Source of the DNA: Octopus bimaculoides
Lineage: Eukaryota
NCBI RefSeq assembly: GCF_001194135.2
Contig: NC_068999.1
Coordinates: 24,745,505-24,801,143, forward strand
Reading direction: 5' to 3'
DNA: 55,639 nt
Below are positions 1 to 12,500 of the stretch, piece by piece; the first letter of the stretch is position 1, and each line of letters opens with the position of its first letter. The notes under the pieces were generated by a model, which was not told the origin of the DNA, made no database searches, and saw only the letters and a program-made list of their open reading frames with translations. A program made the translations under genes and the position numbers.

Positions 1-392
1 TTTATCTCTTAAAAACATTTAACTCAACGGTAGACCACTGGTTTCTCAATCAAATACAGAAAATCTGTGAAGTAACCTGTATTCTTTTGTTCATCAGTAC
101 ACGTATGGTCAAGATATATAAAAATAAACAAGAATCAACCTACCACGATGTAGCCATCACAGCACGATGACTTTTGTTCACAATTATATATCCATGAAAG
201 AGATTTGAATTTATCCGGTTGCATCTCAGTAACATGTGCTTATACAGAATAATATTCAGCACTGAATATATTGTAATTATTTATAATATAATATAGGATA
301 AGTTCTTTATAAAAATTTATCAAGTAGTCAGCGTGAAAAAAACCTCATAATGAAAAAATAATGAAAAATTTCGTAATGAAAAAATTCATCAT

Positions 393-431
<39 letters not shown>

Positions 432-480
432 ATAGAGGATAAAAATTATTTAAAAAAATTTTATCGTGAAAATTATATGT

Positions 481-718
481 ATAATTATAATAAGGGCTTA
501 GAAAAAATTTTCCAGCCTATATACTGAGAAATAGATGCTAAATCGTCTCACCACTCAAAGAAGTCACAAACACACCTGTTGAATTTGACACAACAAGCTA
601 ACAGAAATCGTTGAATTCAGCATGTGTGTTTGTTACTTCTGTTAGTGGTGAGACGATTTAGCATCTATTTCTCAGCATATAGGCTAGAAAACTTTTTCTA
701 AGCCCTTATTATAATTAT
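481..718. repeat. Palindromic (foldback) element, ~105-bp arms with ~25-bp spacer
   Basis: ataattataataagggcttagaaaaa...tcgtctcaccact is mirrored by agtggtgagacga...tttttctaagcccttattataattat. Confidence 0.85.
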
Positions 719-1203
719 ATATATATATATACACACACACATACAAACATACATGTAAGAATAAGCTGTTTTTTTCTCCTACATAAGTAGAAGTGAAAAG
801 AAAAGTAACAATTACTTAACCAGTTTCACAGTTTTCATGATTTTCAAAATGAATGAAATATGGTAGTGTTATTGTTTTTTCAAATATTTTATCAAAGATT
901 CCCAAATAATGTTATGTTTGGAGGACTCAATAGGGTAAGAACATTTTATTGATGCAAAATGATTGTTTAGCTGTTCTGTGCTAAGCATACAGTTAGTCAA
1001 ACCTCTGATGATGGCAGCACTTAATTCAGAAATTCACGTATGTACTTATCATAGATTGTATTATTAATTTCCAAACAATTTCCAAATGTGACCCTAATAC
1101 CAGACAGATCCCTTAGACAGAGTCTGGGGCATATCTTTTCCATTTAGTCTGATGGGGCCACGAGCAGTCTGATTTGCAGGAAATTGTCCAATGCCATCCT
1201 TAA

Positions 1204-1423
1204 CCCTCTAGCATTCAGATTATTCTGTCAAATGTGATGCTTATTTATTCACATTGTTTTAAATTAATTATTCATTATCTTGTAACCATGAGATTTTGAC
1301 AATGTGATTGTTTATGTTCAGAATGACATTCTAGGGTAGATGTGAGATATCACATCTAGCCAGTTATAACATAAAAGAAGGAGAATATTTTGGCTGGATA
1401 TGGCTGGTTTAAATGCTAAAGGG
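1204..1423. mobile_element. piggyBac-like MITE
   Basis: ttaa|CCCTCTAGCATT ... AATGCTAAAGGG|ttga; TTAA-type target site. Confidence 0.75.
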
Positions 1424-2097
1424 TTGAATACCTAGATTCATGCACTAATTTATTTTAATTCTGCCATAATAACATTCATTCTCTGAAGAACATAATGAAG
1501 CTATTTTTGTTTCTATTGTAAAAGTAGCCCCTTACACATATATGCAACAAATGTGTCCCTATGTATTGTCTTTGTTCTCATGAACTGCTTATTAAATAAG
1601 GACAAGCAAACAACAAGTTTATTACATAGGATAAACCATGACAGAATAAGATACAGCAACATATTGTGCAGCTTCCGGCCTCAAATATGGAACTGTAATG
1701 CTTTCTTTGGAAGTAATTGTAAAAATCACTTCCGAACAAAACAAAGAAACAAAAAAGACCAAAAAGAAATATCAGAAAAGACATCTGAGATAAACATCAA
1801 TGAAAAATTTGGTCAACAAAAATATGATACAGCCCAAGGAGACTACTTATTTCACTAGTTCTGAACATGTCATTAATACTGTGAAACCAATTAAATGATT
1901 GTAAATATATTTTCTGAAAATGGATTTTCGGCTTATTTTCAACTTAACTTTACTTAAAATGTATATCTATCTATCTACCTATACACACACACACACACAC
2001 ACATATATACATATACACAGGAATATATATATGTATATATCCATAAAATATATATATATATATACATACATATATATATATATACATATACATGCAT

Positions 2098-2197
2098 NNN
2101 NNNNNNNNNNNNNNNNNNNNNNNNNNNNNNNNNNNNNNNNNNNNNNNNNNNNNNNNNNNNNNNNNNNNNNNNNNNNNNNNNNNNNNNNNNNNNNNNN
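2098..2197. other. Assembly gap flanked by (TA)n/(CA)n
   Basis: 100 N. Confidence 1.
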
Positions 2198-2231
2198 TAT
2201 ATATACACACACACACACACACATATACATA

Positions 2232-2735
2232 CAGGGTGCGATGGGTAGATTCTCGCCATTTTATATATTTAATTTTATTCATGAACATTATTTGTTCCTG
2301 ATTTTGTTGACTGCACAGTATATTAGGGTCAGTTGAGCACCCTCTCTGAGAAAAATAGCACCATGACACAATTCACTCTGCCAGGAATTTGGAAATGATA
2401 TGCTGTACTGCTTGGCATTTGAACCAGAAGCTCTAATATGAATATTTCAGTGTTTGGGTATCAATCTGAGGACAAGTACTGAGAGTGATAAAAATCAAAC
2501 ATCCACTCAACATTATGGTGTTTGGAGTGAGCACTAGTGATGGCTATGTTATGCCTCCATTCATCTACTCACATGGTCTCAGACTCAACACAGAGACCCA
2601 TTCCAAGTGCCTGGAGGAGGTGCTCCCCTGGGTCAAGAGGGTGGCTGCTGGAAGACCTTATACCTGGCAACAGGATTCTGCACCATGCTACACAATTTCT
2701 GCGACCATGTCACCCACAGGTGACCGCGTCACCTA
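2232..2735 (+). mobile_element. Tc1/mariner transposon remnant with transposase catalytic-domain fragment
   Basis: ta|CAGGGTGCG left end; ORF 2485+ reads KHPLNIMVFGV..SDG.VMPPFI..HGLRLN.E...LEEVLPW......RPYTWQQDSAPC, typical of DDD/E transposases; truncated into (TA)n. Confidence 0.85.
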
Positions 2736-2737
2736 TG

Positions 2738-2739
<2 letters not shown>

Positions 2740-2773
<34 letters not shown>

Positions 2774-2956
2774 TACACACACATATATATATCCGTAGAC
2801 ATATATATATATATGTGCATGTACATATGTATGCATGTAAGTATGTATTATTGTATATATTTATGTGTATATACATATGTATATATGTGTGAATACATAT
2901 GTTAGTATATATATGTGTGTGTAGAAATACATATATATATATATAGATAGATAGAT

Positions 2957-2999
<43 letters not shown>

Positions 3000-3230
3000 T
3001 AAATGCTGTTTCTATGTTCAATTATAATAAAAACAATTTCACATTAATCTGATGGGTTATACTCTAACTTTGTAAAGTACAAATTTATTATTCTTAAACA
3101 AGAATGTTGCTGATAGTGACTTCGAAGTTTCAGCCAGCTGTACGTACATATAAATAAATGAATGCATGGCTATATATATGTGTGTGTATGTCTGTGTTTG
3201 TATGTGTGCATGTTTCTGTGTATGTGTGTG

Positions 3231-3292
<62 letters not shown>
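2740..3292. repeat. Compound microsatellites: (TA)n, (GATA)n at 2944-2999, (TA)n at 3233-3292
   Basis: Direct observation. Confidence 0.95.
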
Positions 3293-3297
<5 letters not shown>

Positions 3298-4564
3298 ACA
3301 AGAACTTACTGTAGAGTACCTTAAATGTATGCTAGCTTTTGTGGTAACTTTTCCTTTTGTCTTTGTTCTGTTTACAATCTCAATGAAATAACAGTGGAAG
3401 TTGAAACTTGTCTCAGTCACAATGATTATACAGCATATTTAAATTGCAATGTTTGGATTTTGTTAATGTATCCAATACTTTATATTAAATAAATGCAGGG
3501 TAAAAAAAAAATCAAAAACAAAATTACATTTCTTGAAACCATTTTGGTTAAATATATAAATAATATATATATAGTGTATATAATAGAAAATAAAAAAAAT
3601 AAAAATGTATATTAATTCAAGTTGTTTTGTTTACCTTTTGCTCTACTTTAAGCTGGAAATATTTATCACAGATACATACTTATATAGATTGATTATTTTT
3701 TTGTAAATAACAAACATTGATGGCACTGTATTGTGAATAACATGATTGAAGAAAGATATCAAATGTTAAGATATCTGAAGATATGAATAACAACATAGAT
3801 ATGATATATCAATAATATCGAATATGTAGGACATAGTCGACAACCAGGCCGTAAGTAATGGAATCTTTTGTTGGGTTGTAGAGGCAGTTCTGTGCTTATT
3901 TTTTCTATAAAGTGTCTAATTTAATTAATGCTTATATTTATAATTTGTTAGAAGAAATTTCTTTTATTAGCTGGGCAGCTGAGGTGGTTGGTTTCCGTTA
4001 CCTTAACAACCTTGCCCACAATCAAAAATAAATAGTCAAAATGAAAATGTGTTTTGCAAAGTAATAACTTTGTTAATTAATTAATTAATTAATTTAGTTG
4101 TCAGTAAATATAAACACCAGATAAGTTTAGTATCAGTTGTTTTCAGTAAAAGAGAAAACATAATTAAAAAATATGCATCATCATCATCATCATCATTAAT
4201 TAATTCATCACAGGTATTCCCCTCATTATTAACAGGTGTTATACAAGTTTAGAAGCAAAAACAAAAAAATCTGTGAGACTGATTTTTTAAAAATATGCCA
4301 GAAAATATGAAGTTCAGGACGGATTTGTCTAAAAAAATTAAAGAAGGGTACATAATAGCTAATGAGTGACATGTGGAAGATGGGTATATCAATGCTCTTG
4401 GTTTCCTGCTCCTGTACAATGTTACTCAATACATTATCACAGAATATTATTTTCTATGCCATTCTGCTGACACTAACATTTTTAGTTCACTGTAGAATAA
4501 ATAATGCATTATGAAGACGGAAAAGATCATGATTAATTTAGTTCTTCAGACCAAAAAATTATTA

Positions 4565-4609
<45 letters not shown>

Positions 4610-5261
4610 TATTTTTTTAAAGCAAACTTTCTGCTTATTTTGCTGGGTATGATGGAAAGTGTCAGCTGTCCACTGCCAGCAGATTAAGGTGACACTTGTT
4701 TTACTGGTCATGCTTCAAAAACCCTGTGAAAAATTCTTGCAGTTCCAAGCAATGCTGATTTTTGTAGGTGTTCTATCTTTACATTTGTACCAATCTTTTT
4801 GTGTTACGTTGGTAGTTGAGTGCTGATACTTTCAAGTGCACCATTTACTATTGGTACCATGACTGTTGGTATCATGACCACAACCTTCATTATTATTATT
4901 ATTAATATTATTATGTTTATAAGAATGAGCATTAAAACAAAAAAAAGGTCAACTTTCTATCAAAGATTGCCACAATGATCAATAACAATTTTCACTATTG
5001 ATAGAAGCAGGATAGTTTCTTTTCTATTTTCAAATATTATGGCTATTTAGCCTTCCTACTGTTAATTTCTCAACAGAATTTCTCATTCATACAAATTGAG
5101 GCAACAGAGACTAATAACTTGGATGGGACAATTAGATCAAGAGGTTATGTTCAGGTGGTTCATTGACAATTTTAATATCAAAGAATTATTACTCAAATAG
5201 AGTTGACTAAGACAAGGAAAACTCCTCTAAGACAACAATAGCCACATCTTTTATCTCTTAT

Positions 5262-5592
5262 TTTTTACTTGTTTCAGTTATTTGACTGTGGTTTGAAGAG
5301 TTTTCATTGAACAAATCGACCCAGGACTTATTTTTTAGGCCTGTACTTATTCTATCAGTTTGTTTTGCTGAACTGCAAAATTATGGGGGACATAAATACA
5401 GCAACACCAGTTAAGAAGCGGTGGTGGAGGACAGACATAGACACAAAGATACAGGCTAACCAAATCCACTCACAAGGCTCTGGTTGGCCTGAGGCTATAG
5501 CAGAAGACACTTGCCCAAGATACCATACAGTGGGACTGAACCCAGAATCATGTGCTGGGAAGCAAGCTTCTTACACACACCATGCTTGTGCC
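5262..5592 (-). mobile_element. tRNA-derived SINE family A (long, internal microsatellite)
   Basis: Similar to the copies at 30318 and 35938. Confidence 0.8.
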
Positions 5593-6668
5593 ATAGTAGT
5601 AGTATTTTCAGTCAAAATTTAAGGTAAGTAAACCAATGCTTGATCTGCTACAAATAATAACCAAATTTGTTTCAAATCTCATCACATTATCTTATAAATA
5701 AAAGAAAAAGAAACTATACAGTAGTCCTCGTTACCCCTAAAAAGACAGAATGGTTAATTGCTGGGATACATTTGATCATAAATCTGATGAATCAAAGCTA
5801 ATCTAGGATTAAACAACAACAACAACACTGTTGAAAAGCTAAATGAGTAAAATGTCAGTCCATGTGGAGAGAAATTCTTACAATGTAAATGATAACTAAA
5901 ATTGAGTCTAAGACAAAAATGTTTTCACAGAAGTTCTGTGATATTAACTACAATACAAACAAAACAATAAAAGTTCACTTATAATCAATCAGTCACATAT
6001 TTTAAAGTTTAAAACAAAGAAAAAAAAAAAAATCTATCATAAAACCTACTTTTTGTTTTCAGCATTATTGTTAGTGCAAATTATTGTATGAAAGAAAATA
6101 TAGTGTAATAAAATAGAGAAAAACGCTAATAATACTATCAGTTGTTAAAACTGGTAATGAAATCCCATCCAATGTAGCTCTGCATATCAGCGATAACAAT
6201 GGGTGATGATGATGATGATGATAGTGACAAGATAGTCCTTAATCATTTTACTGTGGAGTTACATTAACCAACAACATCTATAAAAATGGAGGGAACCACT
6301 ATGTGGTCAGTTGATTTGTTAAGAAGGAAAAAAAGATAAAATTCCTTCAGATCACTTCTTACTGTCTTTAAAAAAGGATGGACATTGGATAATGTAGTAT
6401 TAGTATATAAAAAAAATGATGGATTTACTAAGGCTGGAATGTCTCTGATCATAGGCCTGCTCAATGAGAGCTAACCTGGGGTTAAACAACAACAATTAAC
6501 AATATTAACAATTCATAAACAATATTAATTGATAAAATTAACCAACATTATCATCATTATTATAGATAATGAAAAACCAACAATATTTTCAAATATTAAT
6601 CAATATTTTTACAAAGATGTAGGATCGCAAGATGCTTTATGTCTCTTCTTCTCAATATTCTTCTCAAT

Positions 6669-6882
6669 CCCTTTAGCATTCAGATTATTTTGTCAAATGT
6701 AATGCTTTTTTATTCATATTGTTTTGAATTAATTATGCATTATATTGTAGCTTTGAGATTATGATGATTGATTGTTTATTTTTAGAATGACATTGTAGAA
6801 TAGGTGTGAGAGGCCAGATCTCTTTGAACATAAAACAGGCAGGATATCTGGATCGTATATGGCCAGTTTAAATGCTAATGGG
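6669..6882. mobile_element. piggyBac-like MITE (same family)
   Basis: CCCTTTAGCATT...AATGCTAATGGG|ttaa; internal sequence similar to 1204-1423. Confidence 0.75.
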
Positions 6883-8325
6883 TTAAATATAAGTGAAGTA
6901 ACAATAGTTGCACACAGCACTAATAACCATTTATAATAACTAATATTATGTTAATATTAATCAACAATATTAATTGACCTCAATGTTAACTGCAGATATA
7001 AACCACTAGCATTAACTAATGTTATTAACCCTCATTACAAACCCCAAGTAAAAAATAGATATATGGAATCAACAAAAAAACTATGGAGAAAATGTAAAAT
7101 TTGCATTAGAATTTAGGTACAATATACAGTTGGATTTATAAAGTGTTTGGGATTAACTGAATATTTATATGTGTATTTATATATCCTGTTTTAACAGGAA
7201 AAAAAGAAGTAACCAAAAATTTATTCTGGAAATTGTCTTACATCGCAGCTATAAACCAATTCTTATGATAGACTAATGTAAGAGCTTTAAACTGAATCTT
7301 ATAACAGATTAATGTATTAGCCATAAACCAGTCACAGGAAAACTGCTGCTCACAGGATTTTCTGAATGATATGCTTAATGGGAAAGTACTTTGAATTTGT
7401 TTATTAGTGCAGCCTGTTTGATGATGAGCCATGTCTCATACAGCCCATTTCTCAAAATGATTACCCATGAATGCTTTAAATCAATTTGAGAAACTGATAA
7501 ATTGATATATACAAATTGTCATAATGGACAATGTTATGTTCTGACAATAATAAATTCCCTTTTTATATTTAGGCAATACATCTGTTTTTAAATTTACATT
7601 TTCTCCCATTATATTGATGAAGTACTGAAGTTACCAGTGAAGTACCACATGTGAATAAATGACTATATATTTGAGTTCAAATCCTACCAGGGATGAAAAC
7701 AGCTACCAGTAACAGTTCTATAGAACATATTTCTTTATAAAATAATCTATGTCCAATTAATATATAATTACATTAATTATATCAATATATAAATACATCA
7801 AGTGAGACCAGACTAAAATACAGTTATATTAGCACCGGGTGGCTACAGACAATGAAGACGACAGTGATGCTGATGATGATAGAGAAGAGAGACTTAAGCC
7901 AACTTCAGTTTGAATGGTTCTAGTGGTTGTTGAAACAAATTTACCATATGATAATTTGATATACAAAACAGTGGCAAAGATCAGAAAAAATATATACGAT
8001 TGTTTATAAGACAAAAAAAAGCACTAAAAAAATCACCTTGTGTCTTACATATGAAGTTGTTATCTTCAAGCTCACATAATTGGAGGGATTTGTGGGGAAA
8101 TGGAATAATCAATGGAGTTTAAACTAGTTAATAAAAACTACATATTTTATCAATCCCAGAGGAATAAAAGGTAAAAATGACCCAGTAGGATTTGAACCCA
8201 TGTCATAGAAGTAGCTAAATCTATAAGACTCTACTGCTTTTGACAGCTGCCTTCATTATAAACTCATATAACAACAATAACACACTGATATATATTAGCA
8301 GTAACAACTATATATATATATATAT

Positions 8326-8498
8326 NNNNNNNNNNNNNNNNNNNNNNNNNNNNNNNNNNNNNNNNNNNNNNNNNNNNNNNNNNNNNNNNNNNNNNNNNNN
8401 NNNNNNNNNNNNNNNNNNNNNNNNNNNNNNNNNNNNNNNNNNNNNNNNNNNNNNNNNNNNNNNNNNNNNNNNNNNNNNNNNNNNNNNNNNNNNNNNNN
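8326..8498. other. Assembly gap
   Basis: N run after (TA)n. Confidence 1.
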
Positions 8499-8544
8499 TA
8501 CATACACATAAAGACCATTTCTGTAGTATGGAAGATATCAAATT

Positions 8545-8755
8545 CTTTCTACAAAAGGCACAAGGCCTGAAATTTGGGAGAGGGGATTAGTCAAATACAT
8601 CAACTCCAGGACTTAACTGGTACTTATTTCATTGACTCCAAAAGGATGAAAGGCAAAGTTGACCTTGGTAGAATTTAAATTCAGAACGTTAAGCCAGAAG
8701 AAATGCTGTTAAGCATTTTGTCTGGTTTCCTAACAGTTCTGTGTGTTCACCACCT
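8545..8755 (-). mobile_element. tRNA-derived SINE family B
   Basis: Reverse complement of the ggcagaatcgttagca...gagttcaaattc...ctttcatccttt family. Confidence 0.75.
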
Positions 8756-8845
8756 TTATGGGAGATATTAAATTAACCAAGCTATATTATTAATACAAAA
8801 GTTTAATCCAGAGCACAGAGGGACAATGCTAAATGCTGTGTGGCA

Positions 8846-8851
8846 TTTATT
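8846..8851 (-). promoter_or_regulatory. Candidate TRAPPC14 polyadenylation signal (AATAAA)
   Basis: Canonical AATAAA hexamer on the minus strand about 500 nt after the stop codon; no transcript evidence. Confidence 0.3.
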
Positions 8852-9195
8852 TACTCTGATGCTCCACTGTTTCCAAAAACTTGCTGCCCTTATTATCAAC
8901 ATTAACAATAAACCATTTAAAAAGAAAAAATTAAGTAATATTAACACCTATTTACAAATAAATTGCAGTTTAAGAGTTAACACATTTTTCTCTAATCCCT
9001 GCAACAACATGGATTTTGAGGTCCTGAGTAAGTAGGCAATTGTACTCTATGTACAGCCACCAAATCAAGATTTCACTAATGTAACACATGAAACACAATA
9101 TCATCTAGTAACATTCAGTATCACAATAGCAATTAGGGTTTGATTTGCTGTTCAAGAAAACAACATGAAAGAATTTTAAATAAACTTAATAAATT

Positions 9196-9227
<32 letters not shown>

Positions 9228-9355
9228 GATTTTAAAAAAAAAGGTATATTTGTCTTGTGTTGAGTAAAATGTTTATATTTGTGAGAGCAAGTATTAGCTC
9301 TATGCAGTGCAAAATATATTTATAACTTCGGTAGATGTTCCTGATTAGAAGTTGA

Positions 9356-9500
9356 TTAGAGAATTTGTGGGAGATAAAGTTGGTAACTTTCCTTCAAAAA
9401 GTTTCGAGGGTTTGTAACAATTTGTTCGGCGCGAGATAACTTCCTAGGTGGAGGTGGTCGAGGTGGAGGAAGCCGTGGTGAACGTTCAATGTTTTTAAAC
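9356..9500 (-). CDS. TRAPPC14: TRAPPC14 last coding exon (FKNIERSPRLPPPRPPPP...YLPQIL*)
   Basis: tttcag acceptor, 145 nt ending in TAA, phase 2 start. Confidence 0.85.
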
Positions 9501-12500
9501 CTGAAACAGTAACAAAATTCTTAGTGCTGAATATATTTTTAAACATATAAATATTGGCTCATTTTTGATAAGGACTGAATTGTCTTGCAATTGCTTTGAA
9601 TGCATTGTTAATGGCAGGTATGAAATATAGCTGTAAATAATAACTGGTCAAATCAATATCAACAAGAAAGAACTCTTAAAATTTCATCTGTCATTAAAAA
9701 AGATGCCACATAAAGTAAGAAAGAAGCAATACAATCTTACAAAACAGTTAACGCTCAAACTCAGAACAAATACTAGAAGGATTTGATTGGTTAGAAAAAT
9801 TTCCAATAAACAAATTTGAGAATAGATTCAGGCACCACTTTGATATCCTAAAACAACCTCAATACAAAGAAGTTGTCATTGACATGTTATGTCTATTTAG
9901 TGTAAAAACAATAAACTAAACTATTTTCCACTTACTACTGAATCAGTAATCAATGCAAAAGTTATTAATCAGTATATTGTTAATCTTATCTTACCAGATA
10001 ATGGATTAGTTATAAACAGAAAAACCAACCAATGACATTGCTAGAAAGAAATACTTACTTTCTATGTTTCCCTGTATCTGATTCACTGGAAGAAGCTGGA
10101 CCAAGATCACCAAAAGAGTAAGACTTGGTAGCATATGATCGCCTGCGTTCATCACAGGACAAAAAGCCAGCACTACGGACGGAAGAAGTGCTCCCACTAC
10201 GTTCTCTCCACAATTCTTCAGATGCCATTAGTTGCTCATCAGGAGAGAGTGTAGACATTGAATCAGTTGGGCTGCTGATTTCATGTTGTCGAGATTCAGT
10301 GGACGAAGGTAAAGCATATCTCAAATTTAGTTTCATATGCTGGCCAAGCTATAAAGAAATATAATTTCTCATTGAAAATAGTATGGAGCAGGAGAACAAA
10401 AACATTAATATTTAACCAGTTTTTTTTATGGTCACTGAGTGTGTGTGTGTGTGGGGGGAGGGGGAGGATTGGAAGAGGACCCAATCACAAATAAAAGCAT
10501 TCAGTTAAATATTAATACCAATTAGATATTTACTTCTAACATGAGTAAGCAAAAAGTAGTCAGCTGTTGTTGTTTTAACCCAAATCTGTCAAAGCATTCT
10601 AACCCTGACCATCCATCCGTTTAGAAGTATGGTGGGGGAGGGGGTTACAAAGTTAAATATTTCCTGTCCTTATATAAGATGATAGGATATGATTCAAGGG
10701 AGAATTGGTTGCTATCTTTAGCAGGTCTAGTAACCTTGTAGAGATATCCTTGTTAGCCTGTAATAATCAAAAAAGGTGTTAAGACTAATTTTTATCTATA
10801 ATAATAAAACACGAATTCTGTCTGTCTGTCCGTCTGTCCAGGACCCCTGTATCTCAGTCTACATTTGCTCTACATAGGATGATCCCAGGATTGAAAATCT
10901 GCCCTTTATTTGGTTCTTGAACATCCAGCACTGGGATCAGGTCTGGATGAGGATTTGTTATATGCTAACAGCTGATAATTCAAATTTCAAAAGAACTCCA
11001 AAAATTTGTGAGTTTACAAGTTTGTCATTTAAACTGAATTTAAAGTAATACCATATTTGGTAGGGTACCAATAAATGCTTTATTATTATTTCTCTCTTTG
11101 TTTTGGGGCTGCAAAAGTATAATTTACTATTACACCATTTAATTACATATAATGGACATGAAATAAGAAGCACTGATTCAACAATATGTTGTAGTCACCT
11201 AACAATATTTGAGACTATTATAATGAAACATCATAGAAATTCATATTTTGCCTCAGTTAATATTGATTTTAAACATGGCATAAGGTTTCAAATTAGGGAG
11301 AGGGTATAGTCAATTATAATAACTCAGTACTTGACTGGTAATTATTTTATTAACCCTGGAAAAAATAAAAGGCAGGTTGACTTCAGCAAGATCAGAGCTC
11401 AGAATGTAGAGACATAAATAAATAACACTCAAGTGTTTCTACTAATCAACTGCTCTCACAGCCAATATTCATATATACCTATTGCCATTTTGCTATAAAA
11501 ATACAGCCTTAGCTAACAGCCAAACATCTCATCCAATTTTCTTAGAGCTGGCCAAGCAAAAGGATTGACAACTGTATGCAGCTTGTCTGTAATACAGTGT
11601 TGTGTTCAGAGCAAAGACAACTCTTGATAGAGTAGAGCACTGGAAACAATAGAGAGACTAACAGCATAATTAATATTTTGTCAATTCTTAGCTATGATTG
11701 TTCTTTTTAAAATCGGCCATAATCAAGGAGTTTTTTTCATATTTGAAACATTAGAACTGGAGGGCACTAGCTATCAATCTGTGTTGGCAGATAGTAAATA
11801 GGAAAACTTCACAAAGTGGAATAAATTAGTTCACCAAAGCAAGAGAACTGTGATGTTCTGGGCAAAAAGTGGCCCTATCTAAAACATCACATCTTTCCTT
11901 TATGGCAAATTCACTTATTTCACTTTGTGAGGCTGTTTTTAGCTTTCATTTTAAATAATTCAACTTAAAAAACAACAAAATGATAGATAGAAATATTGTT
12001 ATGACATTATTTTTGGATTGTTTGTCAGTTCATAACAATTGAAATTCTCTTTGGAAGTCATCATCACTATTTTGAAGTTAAACAAAAAAAGGACATTTGA
12101 TTAAATACATATGCATTATAAATTTTCTATGTCGAAAAGTGGGCCGAGGTGGGGGGGCACATATTAATACATATATTAGAAACTTTCACATCTGATTATG
12201 TAACAAAATTTTAATTTTTTTCTTGTCTTTGGTCAGTAAGTATTATTTCCTATTTGCTTCTATCCTTTCAAGCTTTGCTTTTGTGACCTGGACATCCAAT
12301 GTTTTCAAACTGACTTATTTTCCATTACATTTCAGACAAATTCAGCTCTGAGTTGCTGAAGCAGAAATATCGTTATAGCAAATATTCTGCTCAATACCAC
12401 AGATTTACTTGTCAGTTGCTGGCTTGATCATAAACACTTGAACATGTCCCTCAGTGGCTGACAGTATGTGCATCTCTGATCATGAGCAGGAGTTGTGGGG

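Noticed and set aside
1000-1045. CTGATGA...GAAA hammerhead-like string
   Set aside because: Stem II is only 2 bp and stem I does not pair
1553-1858. 101-aa plus-strand ORF
   Set aside because: Low-complexity Lys-rich composition from an A-rich tract, no recognisable domain or convincing splice sites
1920-3420. Long ORFs rich in YI/HT/CV (also around 20000, 30450, 39730-40570, 49900-50150, 53750-54860)
   Set aside because: Translations of (TA)n/(CA)n microsatellites and N gaps
3830-3850. 21-nt plus-strand microexon (AG|GACATAGTCGACAACCAGGCC|GTAAGT)
   Set aside because: No polypyrimidine tract and no plus-strand host gene identified
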